Shown: piece after piece, positions 40,817 through 50,579 of the stretch
Layout: each line of letters starts with the position of its first letter
How positions within the stretch are numbered: position 1 is the first letter of the stretch
Source of the DNA: Thermovirgaceae bacterium
GTDB taxonomy: Bacteria; Synergistota; Synergistia; Synergistales; Thermovirgaceae
Assembly: GCA_040767805.1 (NCBI GenBank)
Contig: JAXGNU010000005.1
Span: 32,001-96,000, forward strand
Direction: 5' to 3'
Length of the DNA: 64,000 nucleotides
Translations under genes and position numbers: made by a program
The notes under the pieces: generated by a model
The model's database searches: none
What the model was told of the DNA's origin: nothing
What the model saw: the letters and a program-made list of their open reading frames with translations, nothing else

Positions 40817-41827
40817 ATGAGCCGTGCCGGCCTTCACGTGATAAGCCATACCGATCTCGACGGCGTGACGTCGGCCCTCGTGGCGTGGACCTACGCCCGC
40901 CCCAGGATGAGCCCCGTCAGGGTTTCCCTGGTCGGCTACGGCGAGGTGGACCTCCTGGTGATGGATTCCCTCTCCAGGGGCGAGCCCTTCGTGGTGCTGG
41001 ACCTCTTCTGCCAGAGGCCCCAGACGGTGGAGGAGATCGACCGCGCCTTCGTCCAGGGTGATCCTCCCCTGTTCTTCGACCACCACCAGAGCACGCTGGA
41101 ACGGTACGGGAACAGGCCCTGGGTTCACGGTGACGTGAAAAGCTGCGCGGCCCTGGTCTATTACCGCTGGCTCATGGAGAAGGCCGCCGGGGAGGACCGC
41201 CGGCGGCTGGCTCGCCTGGAGGGGATCGTGGAGACCGCCAACGACCGCGACCTCTGGCTCAACCGGATCCCCGAGAGCAGGCTGTGGCAGGCCCTGGTCA
41301 CCCTCTGCGGCCCGTGGGCCGTCCTGGCCCGCCTGATCGAGGACCCTTCACCGGGGCTGGGGCCCGACGAGAAGGCCTTCACCGAGGCCTTCGTCCGGGA
41401 GCAGGAGGCGCGATTCGGCCTCGCCCTGGAGAAGGCGATGCGGTCCGGTGAGGACCTGCTCTTCGTCGGCCCTGGTTCACTCGAGTTCGGCGACGTCTCG
41501 GACTTCTGCGGCCTCGTCCTGGATCGGATGGCGTCGCCCCCGAGGCTGGTGGCGGTCCTCAGCCGGCGCCCCGCCGGCGACTGGAGCGTCTCCCTCAGGA
41601 GCAGGGAGGGCTTTGCGGGGAGGGTGACGGGGCTGCTCCGGGACGGCAAAAAGGTCCGGGGAGGCGGCCACGAGGACTCGGCGGGGCTTTACTTCCCGCC
41701 CCATTACAGGCCCGAGGAGATCCGCGATTCGCTCCTATCGGCGGTGAGATCCGCCCTGGAGTCCGACGCCCCCTCGGGGCTTACGCTGGGCGACCTGCTG
41801 AAACAGGCCATGAAGGAAAAGGAGTGA
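40817..41827 (+). CDS. DHH-family phosphoesterase
   Basis: HTDLDG, FFDHH and GGGH motifs. Confidence 0.85.
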   Translation: MSRAGLHVISHTDLDGVTSALVAWTYARPRMSPVRVSLVGYGEVDLLVMDSLSRGEPFVVLDLFCQRPQTVEEIDRAFVQGDPPLFFDHHQSTLERYGNRPWVHGDVKSCAALVYYRWLMEKAAGEDRRRLARLEGIVETANDRDLWLNRIPESRLWQALVTLCGPWAVLARLIEDPSPGLGPDEKAFTEAFVREQEARFGLALEKAMRSGEDLLFVGPGSLEFGDVSDFCGLVLDRMASPPRLVAVLSRRPAGDWSVSLRSREGFAGRVTGLLRDGKKVRGGGHEDSAGLYFPPHYRPEEIRDSLLSAVRSALESDAPSGLTLGDLLKQAMKEKE

Positions 41828-41839
41828 AACCCGGGGAGG

Positions 41840-42961
41840 GTGAGGTCCTTGTCATTTCGAGCGGCCCTTCTTTACGCTTCCGTCGGGACCGGCCACAGGA
41901 GCGCGGCCCTGGCCCTGGAGAAGTGGTTCGGGCGGGAGGTGCCCCACTCGCGGGTCCTCTGCCTGGACACGCTCTCCTTCGCCCTACCCATAGTGAGGGG
42001 CGTCTACACCAGGTCCTACCTGGAGATGGTGAGGCACATGCCCCACCTCTGGGGTTACTTCTACGAGACCACCGACGACCTCCAGACGAGGGACGGCGTT
42101 CTAGCTACCCTGGGGGAACTGACGGAAAAACTGAACCTCCAGGGGCTCAAAAAGGCCCTCTCCTCCTTTTCACCCGACGTCATCATCTTCACCCACTTCT
42201 TCGGCGCCGCCGCCATAGCCGAGTCCTTCGCCCCGGGCGTTCCCATCTGCTACGTCAACACCGACTTCCTGAGCCACGTCTTCCACCGTAATCCCTCTTT
42301 CTCGGCCTGGTTCGTCTCCAGCGACGAGACCCTTCGCCAGTACCTGGCCGACGGCCTGCCCCCCGACAGGGTCTTCCCGACGGGTATCCCCGTGGACCCC
42401 GTCTACGCCGAGCCCCCGGGGAAGGAAGAGGCCCGCCGGCGCCTAGGCCTGGACGCCGATGACAGGGTCGCCCTGGTGATGGGAGGGGGGATAGGGGTGG
42501 GCCCCATCGAGGAAGTGGTGGCCTCCCTCGTGAGGGGCGGTTTCACCGCGGAGGTCATCTGCGGCATAAACGAGAAGGTCCGGGAGGCCATCCTGGAAAG
42601 GTTCACCGGCCGGCCGGGCCTGCGGGTCCACGGTTTCGTGGACGACATGCCCTACCGCTACGCTTCGGCGGACATCATTTTCATGAAACCCGGGGGTCTC
42701 TCCACCTCGGAAGCCCTCTGCGTGGGTACCCCCATAGTGATCACCGACCCCATACCGGGGCAGGAGCAGCGCAACAGCGACTTCCTGCTCGACCGGGGAG
42801 CCGCCAGGACCCTCTTCGACTACCGGCTGGCCGCCGAGAAGGCCGAGGCCCTTCTCTCCGCCGGTGGTGAGAGGGATCGCCTCCGGCGGGCGGCGGCCGA
42901 AATAGCCCGACCCCACGCGGGAAGGGATATCGTCGGGAAGGTCCTGGGACTCAAAGGTTAG
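41840..42961 (+). CDS. Diacylglycerol glycosyltransferase (MGDG synthase/UgtP family)
   Basis: GTGHRSAA, TGIPV, MGGGIG, KPGGLSTSEA and PIPGQE..N motifs. Confidence 0.88.
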   Translation: MRSLSFRAALLYASVGTGHRSAALALEKWFGREVPHSRVLCLDTLSFALPIVRGVYTRSYLEMVRHMPHLWGYFYETTDDLQTRDGVLATLGELTEKLNLQGLKKALSSFSPDVIIFTHFFGAAAIAESFAPGVPICYVNTDFLSHVFHRNPSFSAWFVSSDETLRQYLADGLPPDRVFPTGIPVDPVYAEPPGKEEARRRLGLDADDRVALVMGGGIGVGPIEEVVASLVRGGFTAEVICGINEKVREAILERFTGRPGLRVHGFVDDMPYRYASADIIFMKPGGLSTSEALCVGTPIVITDPIPGQEQRNSDFLLDRGAARTLFDYRLAAEKAEALLSAGGERDRLRRAAAEIARPHAGRDIVGKVLGLKG

Positions 42962-43127
42962 TAAAAGATAAGGTTTTCGTCCTCTTATTTTCCCTTCTCC
43001 TCTCCCGCCCGCAGGGATCCTCTCCCGCCACCACCGGCCGTCGGGGCGAACCCGGATCGGGCCTGAAGAGAAAGCTCCTTTTCGTGTATCATCGACCCAG
43101 GCAAGTCCTTACCAGGAGGTGTTGATC

Positions 43128-44105
43128 ATGAAGATCGATCCCGGTATTACCGACGTTCTGCTGGCAGCCCGCTTCCTCCAGGGGAGGGTCCGCCGCACTC
43201 CGACGGAGCGGTCCGAGCCCTTGAGCAGGATCACGGGGGGCGAGGTGTTCCTGAAATGGGAGAACCAGCAGCTCTGCGGCTCTTTCAAGATCCGGGGGGC
43301 GCTGAACAGGATGTACAGCCTCACCGCCGAGGAGAGGGCCCGGGGGGTTGTGACGGCCTCCAGCGGGAACCACGCCCAGGGCGTCGCCCTGGCCGCCAGG
43401 GCCCTATCGACCAGGGCGGTGATATGCGTGCCCGGCGTCTGCCCCGAGACGAAGAGGGAAGCCATCAGGAGGCTGGGCGGCGACAGGGTCGAACTCAGGG
43501 TCACGGGTCATTTCTACGACGACGCCGAAGAGACGGCCCACCGCCTACAGGAAGAGGAAGGCATGACTTATATATCATCCTACGCCGACCCCTTCATCAT
43601 CAGCGGTGCCGGGACCCTGGGGCTGGAGATGGTCATGGACGAGCCGGAACTGGACATGGTCATCGTGCCGGCCGGCGGCGGCGGGCTGATAAACGGCGTA
43701 GCCATAGCGGTGAAGGCTCTAAGCCCCGAAACCCAGGTATGGGGCGTCCAATCGGTGGCGTCCAACCCCTTCGTGGTCTCCTGGCCGGGCGGCAAGGTGC
43801 TCGAGGTGGAATACCAGGACTCCCTGGCCGACGGCCTCACGGGACTGATACCCCAGAGCCTCCTGGACCTGGCGAAAAAAAGGGTGGCGGGCTTCGTGGA
43901 TGTCGAGGAGGTGGACATCGCGAAGGCCATAGCCTTCCTTCATTCCAGCCATCACCAGGTGGTCGAGGGTTCCGGGGCCGTGGGCGTGGCGGCCATGGCC
44001 AGTGGCAGGATCGCCGTGAAGGGTTTGCGGGTGGGCGTGGTCATCTCAGGCGGGAATATCGACCACCACCGCCTCATGGAGATCCTGCAAGAATATTCCC
44101 ATTGA
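43128..44105 (+). CDS. Threonine/serine dehydratase (PLP, catabolic-type, no ACT domain)
   Basis: LKWENQQLCGSFKIRGA, ASSGNHAQG, PAGGGGL and ISGGN motifs. Confidence 0.9.
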   Translation: MKIDPGITDVLLAARFLQGRVRRTPTERSEPLSRITGGEVFLKWENQQLCGSFKIRGALNRMYSLTAEERARGVVTASSGNHAQGVALAARALSTRAVICVPGVCPETKREAIRRLGGDRVELRVTGHFYDDAEETAHRLQEEEGMTYISSYADPFIISGAGTLGLEMVMDEPELDMVIVPAGGGGLINGVAIAVKALSPETQVWGVQSVASNPFVVSWPGGKVLEVEYQDSLADGLTGLIPQSLLDLAKKRVAGFVDVEEVDIAKAIAFLHSSHHQVVEGSGAVGVAAMASGRIAVKGLRVGVVISGGNIDHHRLMEILQEYSH

Positions 44106-44114
44106 AGGGACCGT

Positions 44115-44130
44115 TGTTTCACGTGAAACA
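44115..44130. promoter_or_regulatory. parS site
   Basis: Perfect palindrome TGTTTCACGTGAAACA. Confidence 0.93.
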
Positions 44131-44158
44131 TGGGCGGCCCGGGCCGCCCATGTTTTTT
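44126..44158 (+). terminator. Intrinsic terminator overlapping parS
   Basis: AAACATGGGCGGC / GCCGCCCATGTTT stem followed by a T-tract. Confidence 0.75.
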
Positions 44159-47100
44159 AATCGCCGGCGCTCTCCCCCGTCGGGATGCTGATGGTCACCT
44201 TGTGTCCCCTGTCGTCCTGCAAAGTCTGGCCCGTGCCGTTGGGGTCCTGTGGGGGTCTGGAGGCATCCCGGGGCGGAGCCACCCTGAAGTTGGTGAAGAG
44301 GGGGTTGGACCAAGTACCTTCCACCCGGAAGCTGGTGTCCCGAAAGTCCTGCTTCCCCATGCCCCCAACGACCCCCCCGATGAGGCCTTCCAGGATCGCC
44401 CCGGGGGAGGCCGTCCCCGCCACGGCCAGCCCCTGGATGGCGCCGAGCAGGGTATTCAGGGCCTGCACGTTGACGAGCCCCGAACAGTAGAGGTTGAGGT
44501 TGCCGCCGGGGCCGGCCGCCCCGTCGACGGTGAGGTAGCGGTAAAGGGCGTCGTCGCCCCGGGCGGTGGCCCGGCTTCCGGGGAGGAGAGTCACCACGTT
44601 GCCGTCCACCTTGAAGTTGGCGTCGATCCTCCCGTAGCGAAGGGAGGACACGCCGTAGGTCGAGGAAATGGCCTTGAGGGCCTTGAAACCCGACACCTCC
44701 CCCTCGGTGGCGGTGAAGTTTCCGCCGCCCGTCACGAGGAGGTGCTTCCCGAGGGCTCCCGAAAGGGCAAGGTCAAGGTCGCCCCTCCCGGTGATCCTTC
44801 CGTCGATGTCCGTGAGGGCTTTGACGGCCCTGTCTATGTCGGCGCCCCGGAGGGAGGCCCTGATGTTCCAGCGGCCCGTGCCCGTTTCGAGACCGCCGCC
44901 GCCCTCGAGGCGCCCCTCGAAGAGCCGCGCCGAAACGTTCTCGGCCCTTACGCCCCCTTCCCCGAGCACCAGGGGAAGGGTGACCCCATCGAAGTCTAGG
45001 CCGAAGGCCCTCATCCTTTCGGAACGGAGTTCTCCCCTGCCGGCCCAGGCTCCATCCTTCAGGGAACCCGAGAGGGTCACGTCCGCCGTGCCCGACAAGG
45101 CCGGCGAACCGTTACGCTTGAGTTCTTTCGTTACCTGGGCGAGATCGAGGTCGGAACCTTCCAGGCTGAAATCCAGTTCTACGCCGCCCGGCAGGAGGTC
45201 CACCGTCCCCGTCGCCGTAAGGGCGCCCCGGCCGGCGTAACCCTTCAGCTCCTCCAGGGCCATGTGGGTACCGTCGCCCCGGGCGGTGAAGACGAGGTCC
45301 GTCAGGTGGAGTCCGCCGAGGAAGATGGAGGGTGAGCGCCCCGTGAGGGTGATCGTGGGGCCGGGCAGGGCGCCCTTGATGGAGAAGTCCGTCTCCAGGG
45401 GCCCGTGAATGTCGAAGGGAGCCTTGTCGCCCAGGATGGATAAATCCACCCCGGTGGCGGTGCCCCTGAGGTCAACGCTGCCGGCCCCGCTGCGCCCGGG
45501 CAGTTTCGCCGACCCGGTGAGGGAGAAGGAGGCGCCGAGGGTCTCGCCCTGGGCGTTCTCGATGTTCATGACCCCTGAAGTGACGGTGAAAGCCGTCCTC
45601 AATCCTGTGAGTGTCCCCGAGGGGAGTTCAAGGCTTTCGGCGGCCAGGTCGAGCCTCATGTCGGGGGTGTCCCCCGACGATGGAAGGTAGACCTTGGTGA
45701 GGATCTTCATCCCCGAAAGGCACGCCCTTTCGGGGACGGTCACCCTGGGGGAGCGTATTTCCAGGGCGAGGACGGGCCTCTCGAGGGGGCCCTTGAGAGA
45801 CCAGGCCGTCGTAGCGGTGCCCTCAAGGCCCAACTCCTTCAGCGCCGGGACAAAGGCGGCAAGGCTGGAAACGGGCCCTTCCGTGGCGTTCCCCCTGAGA
45901 TCGAAAGCCCCGGCGCCGCCCTTCAGGCCCGTGACCTGCCCCGATCCGGCGACGGCCGAACCCCTCCACCGGGCTGCCAGGGAGCTGAAGGTCAAAGTCC
46001 CGTCGGAGTAGGCGAAGGCGACCTTCGGTTTTTCGAGGATCTCCCCCGATGCTTCGACTCGCTCGGAACGGATGGTCCCCTCGGCTTTAAGGGCGTCGGG
46101 AGCGCCGAAGAGGCGGACCTTGGCGGCGGCCCTGCCCGAAAGGGTCAGTTTCAGGTAGGGCAGGGCTTCCGCGGTGCGTTTTAGGTCTAGACCGCTTCCA
46201 GAGAGGGTGAGGTCCAGGGCCGGCCCGGCGCCGAAGGCGACGGTTCCCTCCCCCTTCACGACGGAGCCTAGCCATTCCGCCCCCAGGTCCAGCTCCAGGG
46301 TCGAACTATCCTTGAGTTCCAAGGCGCCTTCGATCCCTGAGAGGGGCTGTCCCGCCAGTTTTAGTTCCGAGGTCTTGAGGGTGATCATCCCCGACAGGGA
46401 GTTCGAGGGACCGACGAGGTTAACGTCGAGGGAGTCGATGACACCCTCGGCCAGGGGGTGGAGCCAGGGGAAGGTTTTCGCCCACGACTTAACCTCGGCT
46501 CCGCGGGCCGTGATGTCGATGGCCGTGACGGGCGGCAGGGCGCTGAAGGAAAATCGCAGCGTCCCCGATAGGGCTGTTCCGTTGGCCGCGCCCCTGACTT
46601 CCCTCATTTCCAGGGTGTCGCCGCTGTAGGACCAGGAGGAGGAAAGGTCCTCCACGTCGATGCCGTAGACCTCGCCTCGGGTGGCGACCAGGCGGCCTTC
46701 CATGGCGACCCCTGGCCAAGGGCCCCTGGCCGTGAAAGATGTAGAGAACTTCCCGGAATAACCCTGCCCTGCCAGTTCGGGCCAGAATCCCTCCAGCACC
46801 CCTACGTCCAGATCGGAGACCTCACCCGCCAGGTCCATCACGGGGAGGACCCGCCCTGAAGCGGTCAGACCGCCCTGGGCGGTCTTGACGAAGAGACGGC
46901 GAAGGAAGAGCTCCTCCCCGGCCGGTTCGAGTTCCGCCCTTATCGAAAAAGGTGTCTCCCTGTAAAGGAGGGACCCCGACGCGTCGATCGTCCCATCACC
47001 GAGGGAAACCTTACCTTCCTCTATCTTGAGGTCGCCCTTGGGTGTCCGCAGGATGCATTTTTGGACCAGCAGCGTGTCGAAGGGAAGCGCCATCGGCCCC

Positions 47101-47477
47101 GGCGCCCCATCCTTGGGAGGCCGGAGGTGAAGGTCGCCCGGGTCAAACAGGGCTCCGCCGAGGGAGATGGACCTGATCCTCGGCGATCCCTTGAGCAGCG
47201 AGAGGGGTTCAAAGGCTACGGCCACCTCGGGTGCGGAAAAGAACACCCGGCCGCCGCGCCTGAGGGCGACGTTTTTCATCTTGAAGCCCTTGATGGGGTT
47301 ACCCGACAGCGACGAAAGGGATAGTTCGGCATCCAGTTGCCGCCTGGCGGCCTTCCCAAGTTCGGAGACGGCGAAACCGGCCCCTATGTCGCCCCTCGAG
47401 ATCAGGACGAGGACCCCTGCGGCGGCCAGGGAGAGCAGGATGAACAGGACCAGCAGAGCCTTCCAGCATTTTGCCAA
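44157..47477 (-). CDS. AsmA-like/TamB-like lipid-bridge protein
   Basis: N-terminal TM anchor followed by about 1100 aa of Gly-rich beta repeats; TTG 47477 behind GGGAGGT. Confidence 0.75.
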   Translation of the reverse strand: MAKCWKALLVLFILLSLAAAGVLVLISRGDIGAGFAVSELGKAARRQLDAELSLSSLSGNPIKGFKMKNVALRRGGRVFFSAPEVAVAFEPLSLLKGSPRIRSISLGGALFDPGDLHLRPPKDGAPGPMALPFDTLLVQKCILRTPKGDLKIEEGKVSLGDGTIDASGSLLYRETPFSIRAELEPAGEELFLRRLFVKTAQGGLTASGRVLPVMDLAGEVSDLDVGVLEGFWPELAGQGYSGKFSTSFTARGPWPGVAMEGRLVATRGEVYGIDVEDLSSSWSYSGDTLEMREVRGAANGTALSGTLRFSFSALPPVTAIDITARGAEVKSWAKTFPWLHPLAEGVIDSLDVNLVGPSNSLSGMITLKTSELKLAGQPLSGIEGALELKDSSTLELDLGAEWLGSVVKGEGTVAFGAGPALDLTLSGSGLDLKRTAEALPYLKLTLSGRAAAKVRLFGAPDALKAEGTIRSERVEASGEILEKPKVAFAYSDGTLTFSSLAARWRGSAVAGSGQVTGLKGGAGAFDLRGNATEGPVSSLAAFVPALKELGLEGTATTAWSLKGPLERPVLALEIRSPRVTVPERACLSGMKILTKVYLPSSGDTPDMRLDLAAESLELPSGTLTGLRTAFTVTSGVMNIENAQGETLGASFSLTGSAKLPGRSGAGSVDLRGTATGVDLSILGDKAPFDIHGPLETDFSIKGALPGPTITLTGRSPSIFLGGLHLTDLVFTARGDGTHMALEELKGYAGRGALTATGTVDLLPGGVELDFSLEGSDLDLAQVTKELKRNGSPALSGTADVTLSGSLKDGAWAGRGELRSERMRAFGLDFDGVTLPLVLGEGGVRAENVSARLFEGRLEGGGGLETGTGRWNIRASLRGADIDRAVKALTDIDGRITGRGDLDLALSGALGKHLLVTGGGNFTATEGEVSGFKALKAISSTYGVSSLRYGRIDANFKVDGNVVTLLPGSRATARGDDALYRYLTVDGAAGPGGNLNLYCSGLVNVQALNTLLGAIQGLAVAGTASPGAILEGLIGGVVGGMGKQDFRDTSFRVEGTWSNPLFTNFRVAPPRDASRPPQDPNGTGQTLQDDRGHKVTISIPTGESAGD

Positions 47478-47666
47478 AGGGTGAACCTCCCGGAGATCGA
47501 TCACAGGAGACCTCATAATAAAGGCGGGCCGGGAAAGAATCAATCGGGGTAAATACCTAGAGACCCGCAAGGGCGGAAAGATTTTCTAAATACCCGTTAA
47601 GAACGGATGCCGGAAACCCGGGGGAGTCAAGGTTGCATGCACAAGGCGGCCTCGGGGGGTATTCTC

Positions 47667-47738
47667 TGTGGAGTACTGTCGATTAATGTCAAAATGACCG
47701 GAAAGGGGATGTGGAGATGTGGAAAAACTTGTGGATAA
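47667..47738. promoter_or_regulatory. Distal DnaA-box cluster
   Basis: Perfect TGTGGATAA at 47730-47738 plus TGTGGAGAT, TGTGGAAAA and TGTGGAGTA in the same orientation. Confidence 0.7.
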
Positions 47739-47745
47739 GACCGGG

Positions 47746-48522
47746 TCATCGGGATGACAATACCTGGGACGGATCGGTCAGCAGGATCTCGGGTCCTCCG
47801 AAGCCGGGCGTGACCTTTCCCACGACGGTGAGGGTTTTCCCGACTGACTCCTCGAAGGGGCCGAATTGACCGGCATCGCTCTTGTGGACGATGAGGGAGG
47901 CGTTGCCCTTATCGGAGCGTAGGGTGATGCGGGTCTCCGATGAGACCACCTCCTGGACCTTGAAACGGACAGTGATGAAGTGCCCGGCCACCGTGGGCAG
48001 TTCAGCCCAGACCTGGGCCGGCGTGAACACTCTCCCCCGGGCCCTGGACCAGAGGCCCTTCCCCGAAGCCCGTGCACGGCCGAAGGCCTCCCTGAAAAGT
48101 TCCGTGTGCCGCAGATTCGGGGGAAAGCTGTAGGGGAGGGCGAAGCCCTCGGCCACCATCAGTTCGTTGATCATGGCGCCCTTTCCCTCGTCGGCGAGCC
48201 ACAGGTAGGCCAGGGTCCTCCCGTAGCGGTCCCTCCTCTGCAGGTCAAACTCAAGGAGGACCCTCTTCCCCAGCACCAGCGACTCGTTGAACCGGGAGGC
48301 CTCCCGCCCCAGTTCTTCCACCCTCCTGCGAGGGTGGTGGGTCTCAGGGGAGTCGATGCCGATATAACGCACCTGCTCGACGGTCCCATCGTCGGTGGCG
48401 ACGGTCACCGTATCACCGTCGGCGACCCTCACGACCCGGCCCGGGAGGGCCGCCCCGGGCCAGGCCTGAAGGGGCGTGAGAAGGAGCAGGAGGCAGGCGG
48501 CCAGGGCCGCGAAGCCCTTCAT
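47746..48522 (-). CDS. Thermonuclease (SNase) family exported protein
   Basis: VADGDT, VRYIGIDSPE, DRYGRTLAY and GKGLW motifs. Confidence 0.9.
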   Translation of the reverse strand: MKGFAALAACLLLLLTPLQAWPGAALPGRVVRVADGDTVTVATDDGTVEQVRYIGIDSPETHHPRRRVEELGREASRFNESLVLGKRVLLEFDLQRRDRYGRTLAYLWLADEGKGAMINELMVAEGFALPYSFPPNLRHTELFREAFGRARASGKGLWSRARGRVFTPAQVWAELPTVAGHFITVRFKVQEVVSSETRITLRSDKGNASLIVHKSDAGQFGPFEESVGKTLTVVGKVTPGFGGPEILLTDPSQVLSSR

Positions 48523-48944
48523 TTTTTCCCGGGGAAGAATCTCATGGGCTCTCCCTCTACGACGAGCTTCCTTTCGAAGGCAAGTCCCTTGGGCACCAGG
48601 AACACCATCTCGCAGGTGAAGTTGACCGTCGCGCTGAAGAGATGGCCTCCGACGACGGAATGATCCTTGCCCGCCAGTGAGGCATGGGCGTGGATAAAGG
48701 GCTTTCCGTCCTGCTGGCGGTTCACCGTCCCCGAAAGGGAGAGGATCTCGCAGGGTTCGTGGAATCGTTTCTTCTCGTAACCTTCGGGGCCCAGCCAGCC
48801 TATTTCAAAGTCGCGGAGCATGCCGACGGCGGAGATGATCACCGCCGATGTTGTATCACCCAGGGTCTCGAGGAGGCGGGGCATGAGGTCCTCGCCGTCG
48901 TCGAAACGCAGGGCCACCATGTTCTCGTCCCGTTCAACGATCAA
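48519..48944 (-). CDS. PPC/DUF296 domain protein
   Basis: EILSLSG, IHAHASL and GGHL motifs. Confidence 0.88.
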   Translation of the reverse strand: MIVERDENMVALRFDDGEDLMPRLLETLGDTTSAVIISAVGMLRDFEIGWLGPEGYEKKRFHEPCEILSLSGTVNRQQDGKPFIHAHASLAGKDHSVVGGHLFSATVNFTCEMVFLVPKGLAFERKLVVEGEPMRFFPGKK

Positions 48945-49050
48945 ACTTTACCCTCCCTTCCGTGATCTATCCAGGGTCCCTTGCCCCTTTAACACCAGTC
49001 TATCACCGAAAAGCACCATCCACACGCCGGGTTTTTCGGGTAAGATAGCA

Positions 49051-49803
49051 ATGCGGGAGGGAACTTGGAAGGGGTCGGCCTCCCCGGAAGGATGGATAAG
49101 CTTGCCTGAAACCTTTCCCGAATACAGGCTGCAGCCGGAGGATTATCTCGTCGAACTCCAGAAGAACAGGGAAAGGATAGAGTATTACGCCTTCCTCCTG
49201 GCTTCATTCAACGAGAGGGCGAGGCTCACCGGTCCCACGGAGCCACCGGAGATAATGGAACATATCAGGGATTGCGCCGTATCCCTCGTCTTCGCCCCCG
49301 ACATCGGCGCCGTCGTGGATATCGGGACCGGGGGGGGCCTTCCGGGGATTGTCTGGGCCCTGTGCAGGCCGAAACTGAAGATCACACTGGTCGAGAGCGT
49401 CGAGAAAAAGTGCGGTATCCTCGAGGAGATGGCCCGGATGCTCCGGCTGCCCAACGTGGAGGTGGCCTGCGCCCGGTCGGAGGCTCTCTCCCTGGAGCGG
49501 CGGGAGAACTATCGCATCGCCCTTTCAAGGGGTGTGGGCCACCTCGGGGTCGTCGCCGAATACGCCTCCCCCCTCCTCGGTGTGGGCGGTTTCGCCTACT
49601 TTTTCAAGGGGCCCAAGGCCGCCGAGGAGTTGCGGGATGTGGGGGACCGGTGGGTGACCCTGGGTTTTGACGACCCCGTGATCTATCCTTACGATCTGGA
49701 TGGGAAGAGCCTTTGCCTGGTGGGGCTCGAAAAGACCGCCCCCTGCCCGGTCAAGTACCCGAGGCGCCCCGGCAAGGCCGGCAAAAGTCCCTGGTGGAGG
49801 TGA
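49051..49803 (+). CDS. rsmG: 16S rRNA m7G527 methyltransferase RsmG (start uncertain, 49051 or 49102)
   Basis: DIGTGGGLPG, LVESVEKK and YPRRPG motifs; immediately upstream of parA. Confidence 0.92.
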   Translation: MREGTWKGSASPEGWISLPETFPEYRLQPEDYLVELQKNRERIEYYAFLLASFNERARLTGPTEPPEIMEHIRDCAVSLVFAPDIGAVVDIGTGGGLPGIVWALCRPKLKITLVESVEKKCGILEEMARMLRLPNVEVACARSEALSLERRENYRIALSRGVGHLGVVAEYASPLLGVGGFAYFFKGPKAAEELRDVGDRWVTLGFDDPVIYPYDLDGKSLCLVGLEKTAPCPVKYPRRPGKAGKSPWWR

Positions 49804-50579
49804 GGCTTTTGAAGACCGTCGCCGTCGCGAACCAGAAGGGGGGTGTGGGCAAGACCACCTGCTGTGTGAACCTGGCCGCCGAACTCGGCAGGCAGGGCAA
49901 GAAGGTGCTCGTGCTCGATATCGACCCCCAGGGCAACAGTACCAGCGGCCTTGGTGTGGATGTCTCCAACGTCAATAACAGCATGTATCACGTGATCCTC
50001 GACGAGGTGTCCCCCACCAGCGCGATCATCCCGTCGGCCTGGGAGGGGGTCTGGGTACTTCCGGCCACCCTCGACCTGGCCGGCTCCGAGGTGGAACTGG
50101 CCGGGGTGATGAGTCGCGAGACGAGGCTGGCGAGACATATGGACGCTATGAAGGACTTCGACATCGGCTTCATCGACTGCCCCCCTTCGCTGGGACTCCT
50201 CACCGTCAACGCCCTCGTCGCCGCCGACAGCCTCATGGTCCCGATCCAGTGCGAATATTACGCCCTGGAGGGCGTGGGTCAGCTCATGAGGACCATTTCG
50301 CTGGTTCAGCGTTACCTCAACGAGAATCTCAACCTCGACGGCGTAGTCCTCACCATGTACGACGTCAGGACCAACCTCTCCAAGGAGGTGGCCGACGAGG
50401 TCAGGAACCAGTTCCGCGAGGCCGTCTTCGATACCCTCATACCGAGGAACGTCAGGCTTTCCGAGGCCCCCAGCCACGGCAAGCCCATCTGCTACTACGA
50501 CCCGGATAGCGCCGGCGCGGGCGCCTTCCGGAACCTTGCCCGGGAGGTGCAGCAGCGATGGCTCGCCCAAGAGCGCTAG
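49800..50579 (+). CDS. parA: Chromosome partitioning ATPase ParA/Soj
   Basis: NQKGGVGKTT, DIDPQGN, DCPPSLG and IPRNVRLSEAPSHG motifs. Confidence 0.96.
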   Translation: MRLLKTVAVANQKGGVGKTTCCVNLAAELGRQGKKVLVLDIDPQGNSTSGLGVDVSNVNNSMYHVILDEVSPTSAIIPSAWEGVWVLPATLDLAGSEVELAGVMSRETRLARHMDAMKDFDIGFIDCPPSLGLLTVNALVAADSLMVPIQCEYYALEGVGQLMRTISLVQRYLNENLNLDGVVLTMYDVRTNLSKEVADEVRNQFREAVFDTLIPRNVRLSEAPSHGKPICYYDPDSAGAGAFRNLAREVQQRWLAQER

